A stretch of DNA of 64,000 bases from Isurus oxyrinchus (GCA_026770705.1 JANJGN010000007.1:97154001-97218000), one strand, 5' to 3'. Shown: positions 25,780 through 40,640, counted from the first letter of the stretch. Translations and numbers: made by a program. The notes: generated by a model from the sequence alone, not told the origin.

Positions 25780-26760
25780 AGGGGCAGCATTACAGATGCT
25801 GGTCTTCAGTAAATTCGATTCACTCCAGGTGAAACCAAGAAATGGCTGAAGTCACTAGATACCGTAAAGGCCCACAGAATATCCCAGCTGTTGCACTGAA
25901 GAATTCTGTTCCAGGACTAGCCTAGGTAATAGCCACAAAGTTCCCTTACAGTTACAATGCTAGCTGGTACCTGACAACCATTGGCAGAATTGCCTCTGTC
26001 TGCTGTGTTCACAAATCATAGGACGAATCCAATTCAATATACGCACTGTAGTTATACCTTCAATGATTAACAAAGTGAGGGAAGAAATCATTATCAAAGT
26101 TATCAAGCAGCATTCCCTGAGAAATAACTTGTTAACTGTTGATCAGTTTGGGTTCTGCCATGGACACGTCTCTCCGGGCCTCAAAACATATAGTTTAATT
26201 CAAGATGTGAGGGAAGAGCGACTAGCTGTAGCATCAAGGTAGACTAGTTAAGCTGCATTAATGAAAGTCAGAGTGAAAACGCCATGCTGATTCGGTTCAT
26301 ACCTAAAACAAGGGAAGATGAAATGTGATTGTTGGAGGAGAATCATGTCAACCACAGAACATCTTTTTAGGATCTTCTCAGAGTTGTGTCCTAGGCCCAA
26401 TCATCATAAATTGCTTTACCAATGCTATCCACTATAACATATGGAGTGGGAATTTTCACTGGGTGTTGCACAGAATTCATTGCTAAATAGAGCCCTCAGA
26501 TACCAAAGAAACCCATGTCCCGAAGCAGCAAGCCTGGATAAGATTTAGTTTTTTGATGTTACATGACAAGAGCATTCACACCACACAAATGCCAAACAAT
26601 AAAAGAGCTACAAGAGAAAATCTAGCCTTACCTCGTATTTAAATTGAACGCTATTACTCTTGATGAAACCCCGGTCAATAATATCCTGGAAGTGTCTGAA
26701 TCGGCCAGAAAATTAACAGGACTAGTCATATAGTTATAGTGGATACACCATCAACTAGAT
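25780..26760 (+). mobile_element. Degenerate CR1-clade LINE RT
   Basis: ttcgattcactccaggtga...ctagataccgtaaaggc (IRFTP..LDTAKA) and gtgtcctaggcccaatcatc (VLGP). Confidence 0.65.
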
Positions 26761-26799
26761 GCTGGAAATTCTCAGGCTAGTAGCTCCCTCCCTGACGCC

Positions 26800-28260
26800 C
26801 CTCGACAAGGCACAGAGGAATGAGCAAAGAATAAATGTATACCATGAAGAGGGCGATGGCAAGGATGATGACCTATATAATGAGGGAAATACATTTCCAG
26901 TCAGAGATTGGAACAAGAGAATGTCCACTGTTAATTTCTGGGCTTACAATGGACGCCATCGTGGATTCTGCACCCGATTGTAATGCAAATAATAGGGAAC
27001 TTTGGGAAGAATTGAAGAAGAGGGTCAAGTGCATACGATGGAAACTTGTGAGTAACTTATTCCTAGTCATATTCCAAATACCTCTTCAATTTGTGGGGTA
27101 TTTCAAGGCTGTAGGTGGCAGCAAGGTAGATGCTCAATTTGAAGTAATCAAAAAGAAATTGGAGCCAGTCATCAGCTAATGGACAACTCACAATCCAGGG
27201 GTGTCATATAATAGACTGAAGATGAAATCTGAAATCACATATGCTTAACCTGTTTTCGATGGAATAACGCAGTTTCATGATCATCAGGAGTTGAACCTAA
27301 TCACTGATGTCAACTGATGCCAGTAGCTCAGCTTGTGCCAAGGTCAGCCTTTGAATTGAGGGGCAAGGTTGCATCCAAGGTACATGAGCTGGTAAACTAA
27401 GATACTGTTCAACCAGTAGAAGTACCAACAGCTTGGGTAAATCTATTTCATTTAGTGTCCCAGGCAAATGGATAGATAAGACTGTGGATCAACATTAAAC
27501 AGGGGAATGAGAGGAATGAGGCGAATTATCATGGAATGCTATTCTGCATCAACTGTAGATCAGGTGCTCTAAGATTTGTCTGGAAGCAAAGTATTCTTCA
27601 CGTTGTACCTGAAGCTTTTGTACCGCCCACCAGAACTTCACCCAGATGTCAGGAAGGTGACAGCTCCTCTCATATACTCGGAATTGAACAAAAACAAGAG
27701 GTCATCATTTGGCATAAATTCAACATCTGAGAAGTAGCAGTGCGAGATTCTTGAATAAAGTAATTCACTCTGTCCCAGAAGTGATCAATGTTTCAAATAA
27801 CATCATCGTTCATTGTGCTTCTTATGGGAAACATAATGAAAGGTTCAGGTGGGTGCTTGCTGGATCAGAAGCTGTGTTGGTAACAGTGAAAGCAGACAAA
27901 TGTGTACTCGAAGGGTGAAAACGGGTATTATTGCGGCACAAATTTGCAAGCCAAGGTATGAATCCAACCAGAGAGAAAATTAAGAAAGTGGCAATGGCTA
28001 AATAAGCAGAAAATACAAGTGAGGTGAGGTGTTTGCTTCCCCTAGTAAACTTCTGTGCAAAAGGCTGGCTTGCAGGTTTTATGCTAAAGAAATAATTTGA
28101 ATCGTGTGTGCAAATTTCGTGGTACTCTCGATGAAATGTACCAGATACATTCTTCAAGGCAATCATTGTACCAGTTGCAATTGAGTTGTCAACGAATCAG
28201 CACCCTTTTGGTTTTTGCTCAATAATATTTTGCATTCTTCATCTGTCCTGACGTGTGCAA
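26800..28260 (+). mobile_element. Gypsy LTR retrotransposon pol remnant (protease, RT)
   Basis: Frameshifted remnants of VQPVEVPTAWVN, IRLWI, SGSKVF and ADKCVL, typical of Gypsy RT. Confidence 0.75.
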
Positions 28261-30432
28261 GAGAAAAAGTTTCGACAGCATCCCTCTTTTATCGGCTACA
28301 CTCATGTTTTGTACTCATAAACGACTCTTTCTTTCCACATGCTTAATCATTAGCTTAACTATAGGGATATTAATTAAATTGAGAGTGGAATCAATTAGAA
28401 AACAAAGAGACTGGAAAACATTATAGGTAAATATGCGTCTGATTGTTCTAGGTTATTTGTGACACCAGAAATCTATGATTCATTCTATTTTTTGATTGAA
28501 AATCAACTGTAAGTGGATTGCAGTGTGCATGTGTGTGCCAAAACGATAAAGGCACAATTGATGCTATGGATCCCGTGACTCCTCCAATGACAACTGTGCC
28601 AATATATCAGATCAGAGAGCGGTTTAGGGGGCCTATTCTGAACAATAATCGCCTAGCACATTTATGCTGAACAGAACGAGTCATACATAGCCCGATGAAC
28701 TGATTGTCCAATACAACAGCAAAAAGAAACAGAGCAGCAAGCCCCTGTCCTTTGCTAATCAATAACTGAAATACTAGTCTCTGGTCCGCTTGTTGCGCAA
28801 TGTTGCTAAATGTAATATACATTTTTGAAGTAAGAAAAATGGAAATATCAATCTTACTGTCACAGCAGGCAATAAAAGTAAGCTGGATTCAAAAACCTGC
28901 TTAGACTACTTGTTTTACTGCGCTGTTTTTTTTCTTTTGCTTTTCTTTCCAAGATCGTCTCTATTATTCTCTTGGTTCGTATCAGTTGAGCATTCCAGTC
29001 GTGCCTACTGAAAATATTCTGTGGGCCATTTGCATCGTTGCCAGATTCTTTGTTTCTGTATATAATGGTGCTGAAATGTAGATATCTACTTGTTGTGAGA
29101 AAAACAGCGACAACAGACATCAGATCGTTAATGGCCGTCATTAAACAGTTTGGATATGATCCTAAGTATGCACTGGCCGTAACAATGAACACTGGGATCA
29201 TTAATACGATTCCATTGGGTATTTCGTCAGGTAGTCACATGAGAAGGAATTCAGGCTCGAACATACCTACCTGCACCAGCGTTTAATAACATTGCCTTAA
29301 TGTACCGAGTATTGCTACATGTTCGTTAGTGTCCTCAATCGAATTAAAATAATAGTCCCACCATCTCAGTATTGTAAAGTCCAACTGATTACGCGAACTT
29401 TTGCTTGGCAGACCTCAAAACTTCCTTCACGCTTTGTGCATACAAACCGTTTTGCGATTTCGGTCCTCGGGCACGTATTTCTAAGTTTAAGCGATGACGC
29501 TTTGTTTTTTACATTCCACAATGGATGAATATGTTCATCAGCTCTAGCCTATTATGCCGGAGCATGCAGCTGTTGCCCGGCTATTGTGGAGTTTCTGGAT
29601 TGGCCTTGGTGCTGCTATGTGCGTCTGAGCCGACTTTAGGGAAATACATCAGCGGCGGGAGCATGTCAGGCCCCTCTCCAGCATCTCGGCAGAAATTGCC
29701 GATTTGCAGTTGAAGCTGTCTCTTCAGGTGGGAACAGCTTTTTTGAGAGAAACCAGAGCGATCGCTTGACCAAGCATCGGGACGCAGAAGAGGCCCACGT
29801 GTTCGAAGTCGATGCGAAAAGTGGCTCAAGCCACCAGCCAGTTAAGGGGAAAAAAAGTAACGGTGCAGGTTAGAAAAAATGGTTGAGAGGAAGTTTATAT
29901 CTGAGAGTGAGAACGTTAAAAAAGAAGTTACTGCAGCTTCTTCCGTTATTTACTAAAAGCAGCGAATAATCAGAAACGAATATACAGTGCACAGGGACAT
30001 TACAGGATAAAGCAGTTTCCAGTTGACCCACGCCATTCAAACAGTCTTCAGCAGAGCCGTCCATCACTTTGGTGAAGACTGTGCGCATGGATGTTGGGTT
30101 TTCTGGGAGCTGTTGTCGCGTGAGAATTATTGGATTGACCATTGAAGAAAATGAGCTATTCTTCCATCCGAGGCTGCTTAGAGCTTTAAATAACTTAATG
30201 CCTGAAATGTGTACATATATTCCAAAATGAATTCCCATTGGCTTTGTGAGATTAATCTTTGCCGTATCCGCTATTCAATGTGCATTTCTTAATGACAACA
30301 AACTACCTGCTAGTTCATGTTAAGTTAATGCTGATTTTGATTTGATTATTGAAATAGACGTTATCAAAGATTGAAATCTTGTCCATTGGTTTGGTCGTTT
30401 GGCGCCGTTTGCTTAATCGGATTGGTAACTTT

Positions 30433-30900
30433 TGGTGTCCCCGGCGGGGACAAAGACAAAAGTGTGCCATCATCTATGAGGTATTCAGGTTAAACTGTGA
30501 ACCGGTTTCACTGGAACTTGTTTAAACAAACACCGTTTCGCATCTGTTTTTTTCTTCTTTCACTGCGGCAAGAGCAAGTGTAAATTCGCTGGGATATTAC
30601 GGCTAGAGAGGGTTTAGTACTTAGTTCCTTTTAGCATTTGAGAAAAAGAAACTCGAAGGCTGAAACAGTGGAAATGGAGATCAGCTTAAAATAAGGAACT
30701 AATAAGGCAGAGACCATTGAAGAATTGACCCACCACTTGAGTCTCCCTTAAGACAAGAATGTCTGCTCAACAGGCCAGCATTTAACAAGCAAAATAAAAG
30801 GCGAAATTAAAAATTGAAGGAAAAAGAAAAGTTATAATTCAAAAGGAAAAGGAACAGGTAACATGAAAACGAAATAGAAAAATTAGAGGGGAAAATTGGA
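30433..30900 (+). mobile_element. Possible Gypsy 5' remnant: PBS-like site and gag start
   Basis: TGGTGTCCCCGGCGGGGA resembles the complement of the tRNA-Asp 3' end; followed by a purine-rich, coiled-coil gag-like stretch similar to 61800-62100. Confidence 0.35.
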
Positions 30901-31269
30901 AAAAAAAATGTTCAACACACGCGCGTTGGAGGGGAATTGTGACGATGGCCCAGAATAAATCCCTCGTAGCATTGTTTTAGCAACGAATATACGCTTTTTA
31001 ACCATGTTTAATGAAGAAGACGTGGACATGCAGTTTGCGTTTTTCCCGACAATCGCCATAAAAATGAATTCGCGTAAATGATGTAAGACAATGCTCCTAC
31101 AAAAGTGATATCTGAGGGAAAGCTTAGGATCGTACACATCTCTTTAAGAAGCTCAATCAGGCGACTGTGACGGAGTGAACAACGCTACCCTTGGTCCCTC
31201 TGTGTTGATAACAGAGGTCAACAGGCATAAATTCAGCAATTTAGAAATGTGAAAAAGAAACAGGACCAG

Positions 31270-32700
31270 AACGAGTGAAAAACGCTAAAGGGAAGGGAGT
31301 CGTGTTTGAGAGCTTTTATGTATCGATGAAGGTGACATTTCCGAGGCTTTAATGTCCCTGCCGGAAGAAAGTTTTACCTGGAAGAGCATTTACTAGTGAC
31401 TGATGATTATGATTTTTGTAAGCACCAATGTTTTTAGGCCCAACGTATTCTATCTTTCTACATAACACCCCAGGAACGATTCGAATGAACCTTCTCTGAA
31501 CTGCTTCTAATGCAATTTTATATTTTACTCCATTAATAAAACAAAGATTGTACACAAAATTGCAGATGCTGTCTTACTACAGCAGCAGCAAGATTTCCAT
31601 ACTTCTATATTCCACACCCTTACAATAATTTACAGTATTCCATTCGCTTTCCAAATCATTTTTTGTTCTTGCATGCTATTTTTTTTGTGATTCCCAAATC
31701 CCTGTGCGCAACGAGTTCTGCAATTGCTCTCCATTTAAATGATATAGCCTTTTTCTATTCTTCCTGATAAGTGGGCCAAGTTCACATTTCGCACATTGTA
31801 TTGCATCTGCATGTTTTGCACAGTCAGTTAATCTGTATATATCCTTTTGCACGCTCTCAACCTGCCTTTTACAATGTACTTTCATACCTATCTTCGTGTT
31901 ATTGGCAAATATGGCTAACATAAGTTTGGCACCTTTATCTCAATCTTTGCTCTAGGCTGTGAATAGTTGAGGGCCCAGCACTAATCCAACTGGCACTTCA
32001 CTTATTACAGTTCCCCACCTGAAAAAACACATTTGTTCCTGCTCTGTTTCCTGTTAACTAACTAATTCTTCATCTGTGATAATATGCTAGCCCCTACACC
32101 ATGTAATATAATCATGTGTAGTAACATTTGTTGTGGCACTTTATCAAATGTCTTTTGAAAATCCAAGTATGATACATCTCCAGGTTCCTCTTTACCCAGC
32201 TTGACTGTCATTTCCACAATATCTCTAATAAATTAGTTAAACAGTGTCTTCCTTTCACAAAGCCATGTTGACTCTGTCTGATCAAATTATGATTTTCTAA
32301 GTATCCTGCTATAAACTCCTTCTTAATGGATTCTAGCAATTTCCATAGGATAGATTTTAGATTAACTAGCCTGTAGTATTCTAATTTCTGCCCCCGAATA
32401 ACCGTGTTACGTTGGTTACATCCTACTCCACTGTGTCTCTCCGGGGATCTAAGGAATTTCGAAAATTTTTAACCAATTAATCTATTATCTCTGCAGCAAC
32501 TGTTTTTTTTTAAGACAGGAGGATGCAGACCATCCTTTTCGGGAGACTTGTCAGACTTTAGGTCCAATAGATTTCCCAATGCGTTTTTCATAGTAATACT
32601 GATTGTTTGAAGTTTTTTTTCCTTCCGTTCATCCTTGATATACAAGCAGGTTTTGCAATTTTTCTAAGTATTCTGCAGTAAAAGAGACACAAAAAACAGG
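31270..32700 (-). mobile_element. Degenerate CR1 LINE RT
   Basis: IALEAVQRRFIRIVPG and IFANNTKIG (FADDTKIG) motifs. Confidence 0.8.
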
Positions 32701-33237
32701 CTCAGCGCTTCTGCCTTTAAATTGTTTGCCATTATTAATTCTCCAGACTCCCAAAGGACGAACACTGGCTTTAATTACTGTTTTTTTTCCTATTCAAATA
32801 ATTATGGTTCTTGGTCTCCCCACTGATCATAAAATATCAAAATATTGGAATAATTAGAACACCTCGTCAGGTCACCATTCAATGTTATAAACATAAGAAC
32901 GAACAATGCGTTGTAATGCACATTATCCCTATGATTTTACTCTCTAAGCTATGGCATGGTTCTATTGAATCTGTGCTGCAGGCACGCAAATGAATACATT
33001 TCCACCGTGGCAAGCTACGCCCGAAAATCACCGCAGTTTCCAAAATGTATTGAAACAAATCGTCAAATAAGTGAAGCATAAATTATTCTCTTTTGTATGT
33101 TTTTGGTAGGGAGTTTTACAAAAGTGGTAATCACAGGAAAGCCAGGCTTTCATAGAGATTATATGATCATTTTGAATAATAAAGTTGTAATAGGTTTTTA
33201 GGACAAGAACATTGAACTCCATAATGCATTAATCTAT

Positions 33238-33778
33238 GGCACTTTACAGCATTCCGGACTGACTATTGAGTTCAACAATTTTAGATCATGAACTCTCTCC
33301 TCCATCCCCACCCCCTTTCCGATTTACCCCCTCCTTTTTGTTTTTTCCAATAAATTATGTAGATTTATCTTTTCCCACCTCTTTCCATTATTTTTAAATA
33401 TATTTAGATCCATTGTTTCATCTCCCTATCTTTTAGCCTTTTTCGATTCCTTTAAACCACCCCACCCAAAGTACGGCTATCTGTACCTTGCTCGTCCTGC
33501 TTTCTACCCTTAATTAGCACATTCCTTTGGAGAATATCACCACCTTCAACACCTCTTTGTCCTTTTGTCTGTGACATATTTTGGTTATCTCCACCTGGCT
33601 GTCTATCCAGCTCTTCTTGTCACCGCCCCCGCCCCCACAAAGCCATCTTATATTTAACCCCTTTTCTATTTTACCTTAGTTCTGTCGCCGTCATGCGGAC
33701 TCGAAATGTTAACTGTGCTCCTCTCCACAGATCCTGCCAGGCTGCTGAGTTTTTCCAGGTATTTTTGTCTTTGTTTTT
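33238..33778 (+). mobile_element. Penelope terminal-repeat insertion specific to copy 2
   Basis: Ends in ctctccacagatcctgccaggctgctgagtttttccagg; flanked by cattaatctat (33227-33237) and cattaaactat (33779-33789); absent at about 5890. Confidence 0.75.
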
Positions 33779-34114
33779 CATTAAACTATATGGTTGTTAA
33801 CATATAATAAAGTGCCAAAGAATCTTAGAGCAAATGACTGACGCAGCGGCAGGGGAGGCTATTTGAGCAGTCGTGCCAATGCCAACTATTTGACCTAGCT
33901 TGCCTTCTAATCCCAATCGCACTCCCTGCATCTTCCCAACTATTTGTTCTGGGTTTCCAGATTTTAAAAGATACAAATACTTATTGTTTTTTTTAAATAT
34001 TCAAACAATGTATTTGTTACAACATATTCAGACTGCGAATTTCCCAAATGCTTCATGGAAAAGAGGGAGCTTTATTGGTCACTGAGCCAGCGCATCCTGA
34101 TTCATACTTAATTC

Positions 34115-36930
34115 TTTGTTTTTTTTCTCATTCATTCATGGGATATGGGCCTCGCTGGCTTGGCCAGCATTTATTGACCATCCCTAGTTGACCTTGAGAA
34201 GGTGCTGATGAGCTGCCTTCTGGGACAGCTGCTGCCAATGTCATGTTGGTACAAACACAGTTCTGTTAGGCAGTGAGTTACAGGTTTTGACCCTATGACA
34301 GTGAAGGATGACTATCTATTTCCAAGTCAGGATGGTGAGTGACCTTGAAGGGGAACTACAAGCTGCGGTTTTTACCATTTATCTGATAGCCTTTTCCTTG
34401 TAGTGATCGTCGGCTTGGAAGGTGCTGTCAAAGGAGCCTTTGTGAATTCCTGCAGTGCATCTTGTACATGGCACACACAGCTGTTAATGTGCGTCTGTGG
34501 TGGGGGTAGTGAATGCTTGTGGATGATGTGCCAATCAAGCAGGCTGCTTTGTCATGGATTCTATCAAGGTTCTTGAGTGTTGTGTGGGCTGCAGTCATCC
34601 AGGTAAGTGGGCGTTATTCCATCACACTCCTGATTTGTGCTGTGCAGATGATGGATATGATTTGGAGAGTCAGGAAATGGGTTTCTCGTAGAACTATGCT
34701 TAGCCTGAGAACTGCTTTTTAACTACAATATTTATATGGTAAGTACAGTTCAATTTCTGGTTAATGGCATCCCTGAGCATATTGATAGTGTGGCATTCGG
34801 TGATCACAACGTCATTGAATAGTCAGGCGCGATGTTTGCACTCTCTCTTGCTGGAGATGGTCATTTCCTGACATTTGTGTGGTGTGAATATTACATGCCA
34901 CTTGTCAACCCAAGCCTGGATATTGTCCAGGTATTGCTGTATTTGGACAAACTGCATCATTGTCTGGACAGTCGTGAATGCTGCTGAATATTGTGCAATA
35001 ATTAGCAAACACCACCAATTCTGACCTTATGATAGAAGGAAACTCATTAATGAAGCAACTGAATATGATTTGGCCAATGACATTCCCATAAGGAACTCTT
35101 GCAGTGATGTCCTGGAGTTGATGTGACTGCCTTAAACAACTACAACGATCTTCCTTTGTGCTTACTCTGACTCCAACCAGTGACGAGTTGTCCCCCTGAT
35201 TCCGATGGACTCCAATGTTGCTAGGGCCCCTTGATGCCACACTTGGTGAAATGCTGCCTTGATGTCACGGGCACTCACTTCCACATCACCTCTGGAGTTC
35301 AGCTATTTTTTCCATGTTTAAACGAAGCCCGTAATAATGTGAGGAAGTGAATGGCCCTGGCGGAATCCAAACTGGGCGTCAGTGTGAAATTTATTGCTAA
35401 GCAAGTTTTCATTGATAGCACTGTTGATGACCCATTTCCTTTACTTTACTGATGATGGAGAATGAACTAATGGGGTCGTATCTGGCCGGTTTGGATTTGT
35501 CCTGCTTTTTCTGTGCAGGACATACCTGGACAATTGGCAAATGCCAATGTTATCACTATACTGGAACAGCTTGGCTAGGGGTGGGGCAAGATCAGGGGCA
35601 CAAGCCTTCAGTGCCATTGCTAGAATATTGTCAGGGCCAATAGCATTTGCAGTGTCCAGTAATTCAGCTGTTTCTTGATATCACGTGGAGTGAATCGAAT
35701 TGGCTGTAAAGTGGCATCTGTGGTGATGGGAATCACGGAGGAGCCCAAGGTGCATATCCATTCAGTACTTCTGGATTAAGATTGGATCAATTGTTTCAGC
35801 CTTATTTGTTGCACAGATGTGCCATACTCCTCTGTCGTTAGGGATGGCGATATTTGTGGAGCATTCTCCTCCAGTGAGTTGCTTAATTGTCCACCACAAT
35901 TTACGACTGGATGTGGCAGGACTGCAGAGCTTAGATTGGTTGTGGGATGGCTTAGCCCAATCACTTGTCAATTATGTTGTCTGACATGCAAGTAACCCTG
36001 TGCTTTAACATCACCAGGTTGACACCTCATTTTTACGTGTGCCTGGTGCTGCTCCTGGCATGTTCTCCTGAACTCTTTATTAAACCAGGGTTGATCCCCA
36101 GGCTTGATGGCAATGATAGAATTGCAGATATGCCAGGCCATCCAGTGACAGATTCTGTTTGAGTATAATTCTGCTGCTGCTGTTGGCCCAAAGTGCCTCA
36201 CACATGCCCAGTCTTGATTTTCTAGGACTGTTCGACACGTACCTCATTTAGCACAGTGATTGGGCTACACAACACGATGAAGGGTATCCTCAAGTGAAGG
36301 CAGGTTTCGTCTCCACAAGGATTGTCCGGTGGTCACTCCCACTGATACTGTCATGGACAGATGCATCTGTGGGAGGTTAGTTGGTAAGGATGAGGGCATG
36401 TATGTATATGCATCTTGTTGTCTCCCTAACCATCTGCCACAGCCCCAGTCTAGCAGTTATTCCCTTAGGACTCGGCCAGCTCTGTTAGTAGTAGTGCTAT
36501 CGAGCCACTATTGATGGTGGAAATTGAAGACCCCACCCATAGTACATTCTGAGCCCTTGCCAGTTTCAGTGCTTTCCCCAAGTGCTGTTCAACATGGTGG
36601 AGCACTGATTCATCAGCTGAGAGAGGGCAGTACGTGATAATCAGCAAGAGGTCTCCTTGCCCGTGTTTGACATGAAGCCATGAGACTTCATGGGGTCCCT
36701 AGTCGAGGTTGAGGACTCCCAGGGAGACTCCAGTCCGACACTATACCACTGTGCCTCCACGTCTGCTAGGCCTGTCCTCCCGGTGGTACAGGGCATACAC
36801 AACAATGGTGATGGTGGTGTCTGGGACAAAATCTGTAATGTAGGATTCCGCGAGGATGAGTATGTCAGGCTGTTGCTTGGCTAGTCTGTGACTAGCTTGC
36901 TGCAACCAAATTGAATTAACTGAAATCAAA
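34115..36930 (-). mobile_element. CR1-clade LINE, near full-length but degenerate ORF2 (APE endonuclease and RT)
   Basis: QQPDILILAESY, TYCPLSADESVLHHVEQHL...NVLWVG, VPYGNVIGQIIFSCFINE; A-rich 3' end at about 34118. Confidence 0.9.
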
Positions 36931-38829
36931 TCTGGGAAAATCTATGTGAGTGCAGGCAATTGGCGGCCCACCAGCGGATAGCATTTAAGGCTAGATTGCT
37001 TTCTGAAATCAATCAAAAATAGATTTTATATTAAAAATCGAGTGGTGTGGGCGTCATAATTGTGACTTTCGCTATGAGTCGATGAAGATTCAATGATAAG
37101 ACCCTCGTTAACGAACTTAATGACCTTAAGAAACCATTGCTATTGCGTGGTATGGTTTTCATTTACAACATTTTATTTTGCTATTGCATGCCTACGAATA
37201 CAGAATAAGGATTATATAAACCGAGAAATGTCGGAAGAAAATGGTCACCCGGATGCGTAGAATACCCAAATATACTAACGGCAGCGCAAACGGTTATTGC
37301 GACAAACAAATGATGTTCAGCCCTCTGCAGTTGCTTGATTACAGTATTTATAAGATTTATATTATCCTCCTTATTCACTGGGCGTGGAATTCACTGTTAT
37401 TTTGCAGTTTTGCGAAAGCAATTTAGATCGCTACATGCAGCTCCATTATCAGATGTCGCTCATGTCATCTGTAATACAACATTTCTTGGTTATGATCATC
37501 CCATTTTGTTTAATTAATGTTCACCTCTCTGTTTAAGCGGTTTAAATTCAAATTAATGAGTCATTAGAGCAATTAATATTTTACTTTTAAGGATACGATA
37601 ACAATGAGCATTCTCCGAAAGCCTTGAATGTTAAAGTGCAGGAGGAAACCTTCGGCCAACGTTAACACTCTGAAAAGGCTACCAATTACTTCCACTGTCT
37701 CGCTTTCTCAGAGACGGTAAACTTAGAACCTTTATCATGAAGTTACAAGTCCCTTTTGAATTATATCACTGAATCTGCTTTCGGCATATTTTGGCAAAAG
37801 CATTCCAGATAATAACAAGACCTTGACGAAAGCAAATTCTCTTCATATTTTCCTGGCGCTTTTACAACATATTTTAAATACGTATCGTCAGTTAACATGT
37901 TCGTCTAGCGATGGAAGATGCCTCGTCATGTCTATGCCGTCAAAACAATTCACAAATTTGAACAGCTATATGATAGTTCTCTTTAATCTTCATGTCAATG
38001 AAATTGCATTGGCCTGAACCGTTAACTCGGTTTCTCCCTTGTTATATTCGGTCTGACCCGCTGACGTATTTCCAGCATTTCCGTTTCTGTCATATTAACA
38101 TTATTGGTGGTAAGGGAAGTAGTGGTACGTTCTCAACTCTCTACTGTTAGTTCGAAACCCAGTAGTCCCAGTCTGAAATCCTGTGCTGTTCTAAAAGCTT
38201 AATTAAAGGGGCACCAACCCACCATCCACCCACCCCCAAGCCCAGCCCCCACCCCCCCCCCCCCCCCACCCCCACCACCTCCCCGCACACCACGATACGC
38301 CACACCGGTCTGAGCACCGTTCAAATTGAATGCACGGCATCAAGTTACCATTCGAAATGCAGACATGGGAACAAAACACACCAGCGAAAAAACACAAAGG
38401 CTCCGTTCCAGGTTATTGACACTTCTGAGATATTGGTAAATATTGATTGTGGCCACGCAATCTCCCTGTCACGGAAAAGTATGTCTCAGTAGGATAGTAT
38501 CTTGCATCTTCAGAAGTTAATGCCTATCTGCAATTTCCGAAAATTAAAGCTATTTTTTTTATTTGCTGTCTCCTTTATCTCTCGCTATTATCCTAACACT
38601 TGACTCCCATTTGTAATGCGTACTGTACTTGATGTGGTATTAAATTCAATAGTTTGACTTGAATTCCCTAATTCATAATTTCTGTTGCTATTTAAATATT
38701 CTTCTTTATGATGTTTGAAGGGATCTGGCTTTGTTCGCATAGGTTGCCGGTGCACTGTAGTGGTTTCGGCACATTTAATTTCTCTGCTTCAATTTATATA
38801 ATCAAAGTATCGTATGTTATGTCAAACAG

Positions 38830-40640
38830 AATTAGAGAATCACAGAATCTTCACAGTGCAGAAGGAGGTCATTCGGCCCATCGAGACTGCACTAGTTAGC
38901 TGAAAGAGCAATCTACCTAACTCAACCCCTTGCCTTATCCAAGTAACCTTGCAGAATATTTCTTTTCAGACAGCAATCCAATTTCCTTTTGAATACCTCG
39001 ATCGAACCTGCCTCCACCCCCCTTTCAGGAAGCTCATTCCACTCTTCAGCCACCCTCTGTGTGAAAAAAATTCCTCACATCACTGCCATTCATTTTATCC
39101 ATTGTTTTCATCAGTGCCCGCTAGTTGCCCTAGTTCCACCAGTACCATTGAGAGGGAGCAGTTTCTCACAAATTGCCCTGTCTATACCACTCAGGATCTT
39201 GAATAACTTGGTCAACTCTCCTCTCAGCCTTCTTTTCTCCAATAAAAACAGACCTAAAATTTCCAATCTATCCTCATAGCGACAGTTGCTTATCCCTGGA
39301 ATCATTCTTCTGAAAGTCCTCTGTACTCTCTCCAAGGCCTTCACTTAATTCCTCAAGTATGGAGCCCAGAACTAGATACAGTGCCCAGATGATTCCTAAC
39401 TACTGCCTTTTTCCAATTCAACATGACCTCCTTACTCTTGTACTCTATGCCGGTTTTCATAAAGCCTAGGATACCATATGCTTTATTTACTGCTCTCTCA
39501 ACATGCCCTCCCATTTACAATAATTTATGTGTATTTAGGCCGAGGCCCTTTGATCCCGAATCTCCTTTAACGTTTCTCCCGTTATTTTATACTGTCTGCC
39601 CATATTAATCCTGCCAAAATGAATCACTTCACACTTCAGAATTGAGCTTCATCTGCCATTTGCCTGCCCAATCCACCAAGATGTCAATGTCCACTTGAAG
39701 TTCAAGACTATCCTCATTACAGGTGATAACGCTTCCAAAATTCCTATCATCCGCAAAGTTTGAAAGAATGCTCTGCACAACACAGTCTCGGTAATTAATA
39801 TATATATGTATCAATAAGAAAAAGGGTCCCTTCAGTGACCGATGGGGAACTCGCCTACAGGCCTTCCTTCCATCGGAAATGCAACCGTTTATCAGCACTC
39901 TCTGTTTCCTGTCATTCAGGCAATTTCTTATCCAAGTGCTTACTTTCCATTTTATTCCATGAACTAGACTTTTGCTCACAAGCTTGTTGTATTGCATTGA
40001 CGCAAATGCCTTTTGAAAACCCATATTCATCAATGAACAACATTGTCTTTATCAACATTCGACGCTGCAGCCTCAGAAGGCTCCAGTGACTTACTTAAAC
40101 ATGATTTTCCATTAACAAAAACATGCTGGCTTTCCTGTATTTTCCTGCATCTGTCCAGGTGACTATGAATTTTGTCACGAACAAAAGTTTCCAGAAGTTT
40201 CCCTGCCACTGAAGTCAAACTGACCGGTGTGCATATGCTGGCATTATCGTCACACCTCTTCTTGAATGAGGGTCTACCATTAATAATTTTATATCTTCCG
40301 GCACCACCCCTGTTACGAGGGAAGACTGAAAGATTATGACTAGTGCTTCCGACATTTCCGCTACGGTTCTCTCAGTGTCCTTGGATGCATCTCATCTGGA
40401 CCTAGGGACTTATCAATTTAAGTAAAGATAGCTTTTCTACTACCTCCTGGTTCTGAATTGCAAATTCCTCTCGTACAATAATTACATCTTGTCTCAACTC
40501 GGCCTGGGTAGCAACCTCTTCCTTTGTAAAAACAGATGCAAAGTATTCGTTCAATATCTCCAATACTTCTCCTGCCTTCACATGCAAGTCTCCTTTTTAT
40601 CCCTAATTGGCCCCACCTTTCTTTTTACCACCATTGTATT
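38830..40640 (-). mobile_element. CR1 LINE (RT through 3' end)
   Basis: FQKAF..., KQRVLINGC, FADD, ALERVQRTFRRMIPG; 3' end cagtgcagaaggaggtcattcggccc. Only its last about 60 bp survive in copy 1. Confidence 0.9.
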
